A stretch of DNA of 64,000 nt from Bdellovibrionales bacterium (GCA_965199825.1 OZ241329.1:64001-128000), one strand, 5' to 3'. Shown: positions 38,037 through 48,364, numbered from the stretch's first letter. The notes: generated by a model not told the origin, from the letters alone. Program-made: numbers and translations.

Positions 38037-39116
38037 TTAGCGATAGTCATGAAGATAGTCGACGTCATTGGGAACCCATGGATCTGTCGCCCCTTCGACC
38101 TCAAATACCCGCGAACCAATTTGGGTTGTGACTGATGAGGGCTCAACCGGACTCAACCATCTTTTTGGAAAAATCTGATGTTCGATCAAATAAGGAATTA
38201 TTTTTTCGACCACGGGTGCACCCAAAACTTTTCGTTTGATCATGTCGACTAAGCTTCCCTGAAGCTCTTCGCTGGTGAAAAAAAAGTTGAGCATCAGATC
38301 CTGGGCAATTTTTAAAACCTGTTCTTCGGTCAGACGCTGATCCTGACAGAGATCAAGAGCCACCTGAAAACTGTTGTAGGTGGGCACAGTTCGTCTGCCA
38401 AATTTGGCGTAGTATTCGGCATCGGTATCATCAGCCAAATTGATATAAATCTTTTCGATCGGATCTTGTTCAGGCACTTGAGATTGTAAATTTAAAATCA
38501 ATTCGGTTTGCTCACCGGTCACACGGTAGGCCTTTAAGATGTGTTCCAATCGTGAGTCTTTTATTCGTCGGGCGCAAATGTCTGAGTACAGAGAATAGAT
38601 CACCGCATCGGATTCGCTATCATCGCCCCACATCACCTGTCGCACACGCTCGCCCAAAAATAATCGCATCTGCAAAAGAGCTTGAAGTTTGTAGCCGACC
38701 TGTTGGGTCAGCCGCCACAGTCTTGAAGGCACAAGGTTTTGAAGATTGTCTTTAAAAAAAATGCCAAAGGGATAAATACCATCAAGGTTGAGTTTTTGAT
38801 GAATGCGGTATTCGAGTTGCGGCGGCGATCCGGTGATAAAATAAATCGGGAAATCAAAAGGAGATTTATTTGATTCTTGCAGCGAATTTCTTAAAGCGCG
38901 AACTAAGGTAGCGGTGCCGGGAACATTGCGTTTTTGAAATGCTTTTTCGAGCGCTGTTTTGATGAGCCCGATTGGCGACTCAAAGCGTGTGTCCAAATAA
39001 GTTTTATCGAGATCCCAAACAAATACCTCACGGGAATCTTTCTCTGCGGTACCTTGTGCGTAACGAAAGAAAACGACATCCTGAGTAATTTCAGCTCGAT
39101 CGCGCCAGTCAGACAT
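38037..39116 (-). CDS. HAD-superfamily phosphatase, App1/lipin-like
   Basis: VWDLDKTYL (DxDxT), FITGSP, YKL and WGDDSESDA motifs. Confidence 0.7.
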   Translation of the reverse strand: MSDWRDRAEITQDVVFFRYAQGTAEKDSREVFVWDLDKTYLDTRFESPIGLIKTALEKAFQKRNVPGTATLVRALRNSLQESNKSPFDFPIYFITGSPPQLEYRIHQKLNLDGIYPFGIFFKDNLQNLVPSRLWRLTQQVGYKLQALLQMRLFLGERVRQVMWGDDSESDAVIYSLYSDICARRIKDSRLEHILKAYRVTGEQTELILNLQSQVPEQDPIEKIYINLADDTDAEYYAKFGRRTVPTYNSFQVALDLCQDQRLTEEQVLKIAQDLMLNFFFTSEELQGSLVDMIKRKVLGAPVVEKIIPYLIEHQIFPKRWLSPVEPSSVTTQIGSRVFEVEGATDPWVPNDVDYLHDYR

Positions 39117-39156
39117 GCCGTGGACAACCTCTTTTACCGTGTGCTAGTGAATCCTC

Positions 39157-39912
39157 ATGATACTGAAAAGCATTGAAGAATGCGATCGCCGATTCGATTT
39201 TTTTTCATTAAAGGTCTGGCCCACCGCTTTGCCTCCCATTGCGTATAAGTCACACCTTCTCTGCGGCTTTGCGCGCCGTGATGGAATCGCAATCTCGATA
39301 GATAACACTGCACTCGAGATCTTGCTGATTGCCATCTACAAAGAATTAAATATTTTTGAACTCTCAAGGCTTTTTGCGATTGAGCCTCAACTTGATTTTT
39401 CTTACCTCGCCGAAAGGTCAGGTTTTTCTTGGTGTGAAAATCTTAAACTCAGTTTGATCACGATAAAGAATCTTGATTTAGCCACTCAGCACTGGATGGA
39501 ACAAAAAAGTTTTTCGGCACGGGATATACAAATACTTCGATCTTTTTCGGATTATCAAAAGTTGATTCCAATTTTTGACTATCTTAAAAATTCTTCGGCC
39601 TCAAAATCAGAAGCGGTTCAAATTTTAGAGATCGCGGGTGAGCTGATTCTTTTAGAGCGCCCTCTTCCCCAACTCAATACTTCGTCAGCCGCCCTCATTG
39701 AAGATCTTGAAAAATTAAGATCACCAATGGCCAACTCCACGACCCAAACCAAAAACAATAAATTGGGTGAGTGGTCATGGCCCAAGTCGACCTCAGGAAA
39801 ATTTATGAGGCGTGGAGACCAAACTCAAATTGAAGTGAAAATCCAAGCAAGCTCTGCCCAAGAACTCAAAACTAGGTTAAGCGCCTTGGAGGGTTTGAGT
39901 GCCTACCTTTGA
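39157..39912 (+). CDS. Hypothetical protein, degenerate ParB-like
   Basis: LPPI...LLCGFARR resembles the ParB GxRR box; C-terminal IEVKIQASSAQELKTRL resembles the ParB dimerisation domain; overlaps the radical SAM gene. Confidence 0.55.
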   Translation: MILKSIEECDRRFDFFSLKVWPTALPPIAYKSHLLCGFARRDGIAISIDNTALEILLIAIYKELNIFELSRLFAIEPQLDFSYLAERSGFSWCENLKLSLITIKNLDLATQHWMEQKSFSARDIQILRSFSDYQKLIPIFDYLKNSSASKSEAVQILEIAGELILLERPLPQLNTSSAALIEDLEKLRSPMANSTTQTKNNKLGEWSWPKSTSGKFMRRGDQTQIEVKIQASSAQELKTRLSALEGLSAYL

Positions 39913-41008
39913 TCACATATTTATTGATGAGCGAGCAAAGACCAGTGCTGTGGCCCAAAGATTTAAAACTTTGTTTTCAAATTGGACCATCACAACATCG
40001 CAGCCATTTGATGAAGGGACTTTGTCGCCTCAAGAATTTGATCGCTCTAAAAGAAATTTATTTATAACACCTTTCGAAGGTCAGTTTTTTAAGCGGTGTC
40101 CAGGTTCACGACCAGGCCTTCAGTGCTGCAATTACTTCGTGCTGAATCTTGGACTTCAATGCGATATGAATTGTTCCTACTGCTATTTACAAAGTTTTAT
40201 TAATTCACCGGTACTTAAAGTTTACAGCAATATCGAAAAAGCTTTTTCAGAACTTGATCAATTTTCAAATTTAAATGGATTGCGGATTGGCACAGGCGAA
40301 GTGATTGATTCATTAAGTCTTGATCCTTTGACGTTGTATTCGAATCTTTTGATCGAGTACTTTCGATCGCGTCCTCAATGGACACTCGAATTTAAGACCA
40401 AATCGGCCCATGTCGATCAGTTTTTGGATTGTCCCCATGCCCAAAATGTTTTGGTCAGCTGGTCGATCAATCCCCAATTTATTATTTCAAGCGAAGAGCA
40501 TTTAACCGCTTCGCTTGATGAGCGCTTTGAAGCTGCCAAAAAATGTATAGCCAATAAATTTAAAGTGGCCTTTCATCTTGACCCATTGATTTGGCATCCC
40601 GAGTGGAAGCAAAATTACGGCGAACTTGTCGACCGTATCTGTGCGGAGTTTTCGCCCGAAGATTTGACCACATTGTCGGTAGGTGCATTGCGCTTTCAAC
40701 CCGAGCAAAAAGCGATGATGCGCGAACGCTTCGGCATGAAGAGTTATGTCACACAGGCAGAGATGTTTAAAAGCAAAGATGGAAAGTTACGATATGCCCA
40801 AGAAATCAGAAACGAAATGTTTGAGTTTGTGGTCAGTCGATTTCGCCAACATGAAAAAAAATGGCGCATCTTTTTGTGCATGGAAACTCCCGAATCTTGG
40901 CTTAAGGCATTTGATTCACAACCCCAAAAGCTCGAAAATCTAAATTCACTTTACGATTCGACCAATCTTAGAAATTATAAAAAATTGCGTTTAGAGAGCG
41001 AGCAATAA
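39899..41008 (+). CDS. Spore photoproduct lyase (SplB)-family radical SAM protein
   Basis: CDMNCSYCYLQ (CX3CX2C), RIGTGExxDSL, LEFKTKS, SWSINP and FLCME motifs. Confidence 0.88.
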   Translation: MPTFDHIFIDERAKTSAVAQRFKTLFSNWTITTSQPFDEGTLSPQEFDRSKRNLFITPFEGQFFKRCPGSRPGLQCCNYFVLNLGLQCDMNCSYCYLQSFINSPVLKVYSNIEKAFSELDQFSNLNGLRIGTGEVIDSLSLDPLTLYSNLLIEYFRSRPQWTLEFKTKSAHVDQFLDCPHAQNVLVSWSINPQFIISSEEHLTASLDERFEAAKKCIANKFKVAFHLDPLIWHPEWKQNYGELVDRICAEFSPEDLTTLSVGALRFQPEQKAMMRERFGMKSYVTQAEMFKSKDGKLRYAQEIRNEMFEFVVSRFRQHEKKWRIFLCMETPESWLKAFDSQPQKLENLNSLYDSTNLRNYKKLRLESEQ

Positions 41009-41914
41009 GAAAGCGGCGATATTTCCGATAAAGGTCACTGCGGCTACCAGCGGCTTCCACTCTCGAACTTGTGTTTGAACCGGACTCATCTCGGGATTGT
41101 AGATTGCGGGATTGGCATTTTTTAATTTGTCGCTTAAGCGAAATTCCGACTGCAGCCGATTGACCTCTTTTGGAAATCGCACCAGCGCAAATTCTTTGAT
41201 TGGATCTTTGGTTGTGCGCGTGAGCTCAACCACCGCAAATTCTTTTTCGATTCGCGACACCTTGCCTTCGGCATAGACTTCAACTTTTCCACCTTCTAAA
41301 AAGACAGGTTTAAAGTTGACCGCTTCCACTTTGATCAGCTGAGCATCATCGCCCGGATGAATATGGGTGTTGAGACCCATCTCCACATGAATATAACTTT
41401 TTTTATTTTCCTTATAGACTGGCGCATTTTTGATCGGATCAATTTCAACATAGGCCTGGTAGGGAATGCTTGCCAAAAAATCATTGGCCAATTTTTTTGC
41501 TGCCGGCATCAATTGATCTTGGATCGGGACTGAGGGATTCACATTGAATTCATTGTTCCAAAGTAATCGTCCATAGTCGGCATCGTAGACAAGCATATGC
41601 AGTTTACGATCACGGTAGTAAAGGGTGATCAGCGCATTGGCATCCAGAATGGTGCCTAAGGTGATTGCATCTGCAGGAGTCAATTCACCTCGGGGCTGAT
41701 AGACATCTTTTTGTTGAAGAAAATTTTTTGAGGCAATCAAAAATCTTTTGTTGGAGGTCAGGATCTCTCGTACCGCAAACCAGGAATCCTCAGATCCCTT
41801 CGCAAGTCCTGGATCGGCCTTCATCGGAAACACCGAAATCCTGCGCACCAGCTGATGTTGGCTTTGGCCCATTGCCGAATAACTAAAAAGGACCAAACAA
41901 AAAAGAAATTTCAT
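40991..41914 (-). CDS. Hypothetical exported protein with C-terminal hydrophobic tail
   Basis: Signal MKFLFCLVLFSYSAMG from ATG 41914; C-terminal TM-like segment. Confidence 0.7.
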   Translation of the reverse strand: MKFLFCLVLFSYSAMGQSQHQLVRRISVFPMKADPGLAKGSEDSWFAVREILTSNKRFLIASKNFLQQKDVYQPRGELTPADAITLGTILDANALITLYYRDRKLHMLVYDADYGRLLWNNEFNVNPSVPIQDQLMPAAKKLANDFLASIPYQAYVEIDPIKNAPVYKENKKSYIHVEMGLNTHIHPGDDAQLIKVEAVNFKPVFLEGGKVEVYAEGKVSRIEKEFAVVELTRTTKDPIKEFALVRFPKEVNRLQSEFRLSDKLKNANPAIYNPEMSPVQTQVREWKPLVAAVTFIGNIAAFLLLAL

Positions 41915-41924
41915 CTCGCTAAGT

Positions 41925-42782
41925 TTAAACGAGAGCTTTTGGAATAGCAATCCAGCCTTCGAGCTTAGGAAAATCCTTGGGCCGTGGCTCGCAATGACCT
42001 TGAAATTGTAAAACCGCGGTCAGTGCACAAATAAATGCTTCAAACGCCTGATTATTTTCAACCATCACCCGTTTATCTTGCTCGTAAACAAATGAGACCT
42101 GGCTCGCGATGATTTGCTCGATGATGGCGCGGCGAGAAACATCTCCACCCACGCTGTGTTTGTGAAAGAGCAGATGCCTTTTATCAACACCAATCGATCT
42201 GCCGATCCGATAAACACTTAAAGTTGGAAACACCTCGATTTTTTTTATATCGATCCTTCGCATGAGATAGTTCATGCGAGCTGTGAGCGGGGCCATATTT
42301 GCGCCGAGGGCATGACCCAGATGAAACGGAATTTCGAGTTCGGTTTGAAGATACTGCTCTACACAGCGCTCGGTGTAGGGAGTAAATAATTTTTTACGCT
42401 TGTCGGTTTTTTTTTGATGATGCTTCCACATCCATAAAATTTCGGGCTCGGTGCAAGTTTCAAAGCCGGGACATTTGCAAGTGCAGTCAAAACATTTTGG
42501 CAAAGTTAATGGGGCATCGAATGCGATCAACTCCACTTTGCCAATACTTTGAATCAGATTGAGAAGTTCGGCGTCCCCGCTGGTGTTAAGCTCACTCGAG
42601 ATCCGGTCAAACAAGCGCGAGAGAAAAATCTTTTTTTGTTGAGGAAAATATTCGATCAATGCCAGCCGTGTGCGGTCGGTTTTTCCACCCCCTAGGGCCA
42701 CTCCTAAAAAGCGGTGAACTTTAAGATCCATTTGGGTATGAGGCGCCCAATCGACATCCTTCGATTTCTTTTTTTTGGCCAT
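41925..42782 (-). CDS. DUF429-like (RNase H-fold) protein with Cys-rich insert
   Basis: IAFDAPLTLP, IEVFP and FEAFICALTA motifs; CxxCxCxCxxxxxC insert. Confidence 0.75.
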   Translation of the reverse strand: MAKKKKSKDVDWAPHTQMDLKVHRFLGVALGGGKTDRTRLALIEYFPQQKKIFLSRLFDRISSELNTSGDAELLNLIQSIGKVELIAFDAPLTLPKCFDCTCKCPGFETCTEPEILWMWKHHQKKTDKRKKLFTPYTERCVEQYLQTELEIPFHLGHALGANMAPLTARMNYLMRRIDIKKIEVFPTLSVYRIGRSIGVDKRHLLFHKHSVGGDVSRRAIIEQIIASQVSFVYEQDKRVMVENNQAFEAFICALTAVLQFQGHCEPRPKDFPKLEGWIAIPKALV

Positions 42783-43756
42783 TAAAATAAGAGCCTTGCG
42801 TCTAAGACTTTAAATCCTTCGTCGGTGCAGGCTCTTGCCACTTGGGATTTCAATTGGGATTTTGACCAAATAAAAACACAGCCTCCACCGCCGGCTCCAC
42901 AGATCTTGATGGTGTCAGCACCTGACTTGAGTGCAACCTCATCCAGTCGCAAAATCTCTGGGCTCGAAAAAGAATCGGTCAGGAGCAAGCGACATCGCAA
43001 CTCTTCACGCAGACAATCTTTTAAATCTTCAAACCGCTTTTGGGTTAAAACTTTTAGAGTTTTGTGTGAGACATCACGAAGACTTTTTAATGCGCCAAGA
43101 ACAGTGGCATTGCCCTCCACCGCACCCTTGATCACCTGCCAATTATTAAGTCCCGAGTGATGAGGTTGGCCTGTATAAACTAAAGTGATCCGATCGGCCA
43201 ATTCTGTAAGAGGCTCCATTTTAATTGGCTCAAGGCCCCGCGGGCTAAAATGAATCGCATAGAGTCCAGGATCAAACGCGGGCACATAGTCTTGCGTGCC
43301 CGTTGGTTTTTTTAAAACAAAGGCTTCGATATTGTGAGCAATGGTCACTGCGGTTTTGAGATCTAATTTTTGATCTGTGAATTCAGCAAAAGCTTTGATT
43401 AGAGAAATGCATAAGCTTGAGCTTGCACCCAAGCCACCGCCAACAGGGCTTTCGGAGCGGGTCGAAAGCCGGAATCCTTTTTGGGGTTTAAAAAAATTAA
43501 TCACCGCTTTGATCAAACTCAACTGAGGCGAATCATTATTCAAAAATTCGGTTAAATCTTTTACGCTACAACTATAATCAAGATCAGTAACATGGACCTC
43601 AATGCTTTGATCATTCAGTGCTTCAAGATCGGCATAGGTAAAAACATCGATAGACACATTGAGGGTCACACAATCCGAAATTAAATTATAGAGTGGCCAA
43701 CAGTCCAACGTTCCACCCGCAAGGTCGATACGCGTTGGGCTTTTGATTTGAATCAT
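42782..43756 (-). CDS. GHMP-family sugar kinase (HddA/galactokinase-like)
   Basis: PTRIDLAGGTLD, PVGGGLGASS, GTQD and KICGAGGGGC motifs. Confidence 0.9.
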   Translation of the reverse strand: MIQIKSPTRIDLAGGTLDCWPLYNLISDCVTLNVSIDVFTYADLEALNDQSIEVHVTDLDYSCSVKDLTEFLNNDSPQLSLIKAVINFFKPQKGFRLSTRSESPVGGGLGASSSLCISLIKAFAEFTDQKLDLKTAVTIAHNIEAFVLKKPTGTQDYVPAFDPGLYAIHFSPRGLEPIKMEPLTELADRITLVYTGQPHHSGLNNWQVIKGAVEGNATVLGALKSLRDVSHKTLKVLTQKRFEDLKDCLREELRCRLLLTDSFSSPEILRLDEVALKSGADTIKICGAGGGGCVFIWSKSQLKSQVARACTDEGFKVLDARLLF

Positions 43757-45108
43757 TGTTTTGGACTACTTTTGATAAGCGTCTGAAACGGAAGAACACT
43801 AAACGCCCCCGTTTTGACTCCCACCACTTCTTTAACCAAAGAGGTCTTTACAAAATAGGTGGGGGGCGAATTTTTGTCTCGTTGATATTCATCACCCCAA
43901 AACAAGCTGTATACCACACTGCCTTCAGCATCTTTCATCACCACGCTGTTTTTGGGAGGAGTGAGACCTTTGGGTGCGACTTTAAACGAAAAGGTGTCGA
44001 CCTCAAGATTTTTTAGTTTTTCAAAAAGTTCCTGAAGCTTATCCACATCCAATTGTTTTTGCTCAGCAGGTTGTGCAAGTTCCCACGTTGTTCCATTTTT
44101 TTTGACGTCCACCGAAGTGAGTGCTGTGTGGATTGAAACCGTCTGCACTTTTTCGAGATTAAACCGAAAGGGCTCTTTGCGATCTCGCAAATCCAGAGAG
44201 GATTTATTGAGTTTTTCGACAAGAATTCGTGCGACTTTAAAAATTTGTGGTCGTGTGCTGGTGGTCACAAAAAAATCTTCGACTCCGTGTTTTTGACCAA
44301 ACTGGAGCTCGATCGGGGCTTGGTCTTTTTCGGCCAAGGTCAATTTGATTTTAAAAATGGGTTTCTGAAGCCCGGTGTCACTTAAAACTTTTGGATCCTT
44401 AGTTTCGGAAACAAATTGCTGGGCCTTAAGGGCTTTGATGTCGGTGATAAAATTTTCGACCAAGCTTGTTTCAAGAGGAAAACTTGGCCCCTTTTTAAAT
44501 TTCCATTTTTCGCCGTCTTTAACTAAATCAAAATGATCGACCCCATCAACACTCAGTTCTGATAAATTAAAGGATGGAGATAAAATTTGTTTATTGCGGA
44601 AATCAAGCGCCGATTTGGACGCGAGCCTTGTCCATGCCGCGGCCCCAAGATAGAGTTTGTCGCTAAATTTAATATAGGTGCTTCCGTCATAAGCGGTCTT
44701 TGGACTCACCAATAAAACCAAGATTTTTTTAGATGCGGTCGTTAGTTCAAATTTTTGAACCTGGGCACTTTCAAAACCAAATTCTTCCCATTTGATCGCG
44801 CCTTCGGTATCCAAAGTTTTGGCTTTTTGAGATGCGATGTCGTCAACATAGGTACTCACCGCTTGCTCATCAACCTGATCTTCAACTGGACTTTTGAGTT
44901 TCCAGACCGAATCGGTTTTTTCGAGCGCGACTAGGGTCTGATTATTTTGCGACAATTGAATCCGATCAAAATCGGTTTCAGAAAACAAGCGACCCTCTTG
45001 AACTTTTGCAACTTCGTCAGTTTCACTTTGCTTGTATTCGTAAATTGCAAATCCGCCGATGGCTAAAACGAGTGCCACCATAATCCAAGTGGAACCAATT
45101 CTTTTCAC
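43753..45108 (-). CDS. DUF4340-domain protein
   Basis: N-terminal TM; three repeats of W-x-L...GL-x-x-P...FG...LRD; follows the gldG-like gene. Confidence 0.85.
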   Translation of the reverse strand: MKRIGSTWIMVALVLAIGGFAIYEYKQSETDEVAKVQEGRLFSETDFDRIQLSQNNQTLVALEKTDSVWKLKSPVEDQVDEQAVSTYVDDIASQKAKTLDTEGAIKWEEFGFESAQVQKFELTTASKKILVLLVSPKTAYDGSTYIKFSDKLYLGAAAWTRLASKSALDFRNKQILSPSFNLSELSVDGVDHFDLVKDGEKWKFKKGPSFPLETSLVENFITDIKALKAQQFVSETKDPKVLSDTGLQKPIFKIKLTLAEKDQAPIELQFGQKHGVEDFFVTTSTRPQIFKVARILVEKLNKSSLDLRDRKEPFRFNLEKVQTVSIHTALTSVDVKKNGTTWELAQPAEQKQLDVDKLQELFEKLKNLEVDTFSFKVAPKGLTPPKNSVVMKDAEGSVVYSLFWGDEYQRDKNSPPTYFVKTSLVKEVVGVKTGAFSVLPFQTLIKSSPKQ

Positions 45109-46661
45109 GCATTCCTCCTACGAAACCAAAGAGTGGCCGAGGTGATCAGCAAAAACAGGGGAAGTAAAATGCAACCAATAAAGATGGCAAACACAGTCAC
45201 TCGGGTTAACACCACTTTTGTGCCCTTAGGAACTGGAGCACGAATCGAAACCAAATCGCCTTGGTTTGCCAAAACCGCGATCGAATTCAGGGCCATATCT
45301 TTGTTGAGGCCCTCGCCAATCGAATGATTGGTTAAAAAATCCGAATCCCCAAACACCACCATCTCAAATTCTTTTTTGCTCTCATCCTTTGAATCGGTTT
45401 TAAGTTTACCCTTAACGTCCACACCTAAAGTCACAGTTCGTAAGGCTACATCACTTTTTGGTTGCTTGAGTTCGAGCATGGTAAAGCTTGAGGGATCGGT
45501 TTGCAAAAATTCGGCGGCTTTCAACTCAGGGTGACCCGCAGTCGCGGGCTTCACTTCGGAAGCTAAATCAAACGAAGTGTAATTGCGGCCGGTTTGAAAG
45601 CGCTTGGTGATATCGCTTGTGGCATCAAACTTTAAACCCATCGCGGTGACAGCACCCTTGCCCAGCAATTTATTATTTATGCTGGCGCTGACGATGTAGT
45701 TGTTCATGTACTCAACACCAAGATTTTTAGTGAGGTTTGCAAGGTTGTGTTTTTGGCCAGGGTCGACAGCAATAAATAATCGCCCGCCACCCTCAGCATA
45801 TTTGTGTAAGACTTCAAGCTCTTGAGGAAACAACTGGCTGGTTGTTCCAACAATCGCCACCACATCGGCGTCTTCGGGAATGACCCCTTTTTCCATTAGA
45901 CTTAATTTTTCAACCGTCATCGCATCGGCCAAAAGATCTTTTTTAAAATCAGAAAGGCCTTCGACGTCTGAGGATTCAAGATCGCGCTCGCCATGGCCTT
46001 GCAAAAAATAAATTTTTCGCGAGGGGTGAGTGGCTTTAATAAATCCTTGGGTGATTTGCTCCTCAGAGAAAGGGGCATCGATCCGAATTTTTTTACCCTG
46101 ATACTCGGCAAAAACAAAAACTTGGGCCTGTTGTTTATCCGGAAGGGCTCCGAGATATTCCTGTGCTTTTAAATTTTCAACGTAAGAGTTGTAGTATCTC
46201 ACTTTGAGTTGCGGATTGGCCTCTTGATAAAGTTCAAAGGCTTGTTTGACTTGGTTTCGTTGCTCGCGCGCATCTTCACCTTTATAAAACACCACCACAT
46301 TCACGTCGCCTTTGAGTTTTTTCAAAATATCAAGGGTTTGAAGTGAAAGAGAATTAAGGCGCTCTTCGGTAAAGTCGGCGGTTTTGTTAAATCGCACACC
46401 AAGATAATTGACCGCAACAAGAAGGATCAATCCAAGAAGGATCATCACTCCCATATTCATGCCGTGTTTGGTTGTTCGCATCGTAAAGAAATCTTTGTAC
46501 AAGCGAAAATCAATAATCACGGCGAGAGCAAAACACACCACTAAGACACCAAGTGGAATGGACATGATATTTGTCCATCCCTCAAGCAAGTAGCGCATCG
46601 ACATCAAAACAATAAGTGCAATTGCACTGACAAATAAAAATGTTTTACCTAATCGACTCAT
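45105..46661 (-). CDS. GldG-like ABC auxiliary component
   Basis: DFTxxxxNSLSxQT, YFLQGHGE, GGRLFIAVDP and VFGDSDF motifs; C-terminal TM plus WFRRR. Confidence 0.9.
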   Translation of the reverse strand: MSRLGKTFLFVSAIALIVLMSMRYLLEGWTNIMSIPLGVLVVCFALAVIIDFRLYKDFFTMRTTKHGMNMGVMILLGLILLVAVNYLGVRFNKTADFTEERLNSLSLQTLDILKKLKGDVNVVVFYKGEDAREQRNQVKQAFELYQEANPQLKVRYYNSYVENLKAQEYLGALPDKQQAQVFVFAEYQGKKIRIDAPFSEEQITQGFIKATHPSRKIYFLQGHGERDLESSDVEGLSDFKKDLLADAMTVEKLSLMEKGVIPEDADVVAIVGTTSQLFPQELEVLHKYAEGGGRLFIAVDPGQKHNLANLTKNLGVEYMNNYIVSASINNKLLGKGAVTAMGLKFDATSDITKRFQTGRNYTSFDLASEVKPATAGHPELKAAEFLQTDPSSFTMLELKQPKSDVALRTVTLGVDVKGKLKTDSKDESKKEFEMVVFGDSDFLTNHSIGEGLNKDMALNSIAVLANQGDLVSIRAPVPKGTKVVLTRVTVFAIFIGCILLPLFLLITSATLWFRRRNA

Positions 46662-46664
46662 TTT

Positions 46665-47435
46665 TTATCTCCACCTTGCCGACTCAACAACCCGTTGAGT
46701 GAGAAAAACAAATAGCGCAATAAAACTTGTCAGAAAAACCACCGAACTCAATTTGATTGAGCCTTTAATAAAATTCATAAATTGAGCACCCAACGAAATG
46801 TGCTCAAACGTTGCTGTCATTAATGGGGAATCCGACATATCCGCACCTTGACTCACAAACCACAAAACCAAATTAAAAATCATTCCTAAAATAACCGCTA
46901 ACACCACCGACTCGGTGAGAGAGGATGCAAACAAACCAACAGCAGCATAAAGTCCCAATACCAAAATCAATCCAAAGTAAGAGGTTGCAAGCGGCCCATA
47001 GGGAAAGCTCGCAAATAGACCGGTGGCCAAGGGATAAATAAATGAAATCGCTGCGAGCGCAATTGCTGCACCAAAAGCGGCCAAGTATTTACCAACCGCA
47101 ATGTCGGTGGCGGTGATCGGAGCTGTGAGAAGCAAATCAAATGTGCGGAGCTTTTTTTCCTCAGATAAGAGTCTCATGGTCAACGCAGGGATTGCCACAA
47201 TACCTATAAGATTGATGAGCGAGATGTGAGCCACAAAAACCGCAAAATGGATATTTTCTTGCTGGCCTCCGCCGCCCATCATGCTGCCCATATGAGCCTT
47301 TTGTGCAAAGCTCACCATATTTCTAAAATAAATGCCGCTCCATAGAGCCGAACAAAATCCTGCAATCAAAAAAAACATCGGACTAAAAACTAAATTTTTA
47401 AAATCTTTTTTAGCGATAACAAAAATAGCGCTCAT
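46665..47435 (-). CDS. GldF-like ABC-2 permease
   Basis: Multi-TM; PALTMRLLSEEKKxxTFDLLLTAP and GKYLA motifs. Confidence 0.92.
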   Translation of the reverse strand: MSAIFVIAKKDFKNLVFSPMFFLIAGFCSALWSGIYFRNMVSFAQKAHMGSMMGGGGQQENIHFAVFVAHISLINLIGIVAIPALTMRLLSEEKKLRTFDLLLTAPITATDIAVGKYLAAFGAAIALAAISFIYPLATGLFASFPYGPLATSYFGLILVLGLYAAVGLFASSLTESVVLAVILGMIFNLVLWFVSQGADMSDSPLMTATFEHISLGAQFMNFIKGSIKLSSVVFLTSFIALFVFLTQRVVESARWR

Positions 47436-48364
47436 ATGGATTTTCCTCCCACAGTGGATGTGAGCTTAATAAAGATATCTTCAAGATTCATGGTTTCGGT
47501 ACGAAGTTCTAAAAGGCCTGCTCCAGCACCGATCACATGTTTTGCAATCACTTCGACTGTTTCATCATTTTGATCGGCATCGATCACAAATCCAGATGCT
47601 TCACCCTCGACTTTGATTACACCTTGAAGCTGCGACAACGAAGTGATCAGTGCGGGTTGGACTTTGCGCACACGAATATGAAGCCGACGTCCCGCAGACA
47701 TTCGAGTGGCAAGACGATCAAGTGTATCTTCGGCCACAATCTTACCCTGATTGATAATGATCACACGCTCGCAGCTCGCTTGAACTTCGGGCAAAATATG
47801 AGTGGATAAAATGATGGTGTGTTGACCTTTGAGAGCTTGAATCAAATGGCGAATCTCTGCCACCTGTTTAGGATCAAGACCAACAGTAGGTTCATCCAAA
47901 ATTAAAATTTCGGGATCACTCACTAGAGCTTGTGCAAGACCCACTCTTTGGCGAAAACCTTTTGAGAGATTTTGGATCAAACGTTTTTTAACTTCGGTCA
48001 GATTTGTTTTTTCAAGTGCCGAATCAACAAGGGATCGAACGCGTTGTGGAGCAACTTTGCGAAGATTTGCAACATAAACTAAGTAATCATCCACCCGCAT
48101 ATCGCCATACACCGGAGGCAACTCGGGCAAATAGCCGATTCTTTTTTTGACCTCAATCGGATTTTCAAAGACATCAAAGCCTGCCACTTGAACTTGGCCC
48201 GAACTCGGCGCCATGTAGCCGGTAATGATTTTCATCGTTGTAGTTTTACCAGCCCCATTCGGGCCCAAAAAACCAACAACCTCGCCTTTGTTCACTTTAA
48301 AGTTGAGGTGGTCAACAGCGAGCCGATCTCCGTAGCTTTTGCTGAGGTCTCTCACTTGGATCAT
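47432..48364 (-). CDS. GldA-like ABC transporter ATP-binding protein
   Basis: GPNGAGKTT, LSKGFRQRVGLAQA, ILDEPT and STH motifs. Confidence 0.96.
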   Translation of the reverse strand: MIQVRDLSKSYGDRLAVDHLNFKVNKGEVVGFLGPNGAGKTTTMKIITGYMAPSSGQVQVAGFDVFENPIEVKKRIGYLPELPPVYGDMRVDDYLVYVANLRKVAPQRVRSLVDSALEKTNLTEVKKRLIQNLSKGFRQRVGLAQALVSDPEILILDEPTVGLDPKQVAEIRHLIQALKGQHTIILSTHILPEVQASCERVIIINQGKIVAEDTLDRLATRMSAGRRLHIRVRKVQPALITSLSQLQGVIKVEGEASGFVIDADQNDETVEVIAKHVIGAGAGLLELRTETMNLEDIFIKLTSTVGGKSI

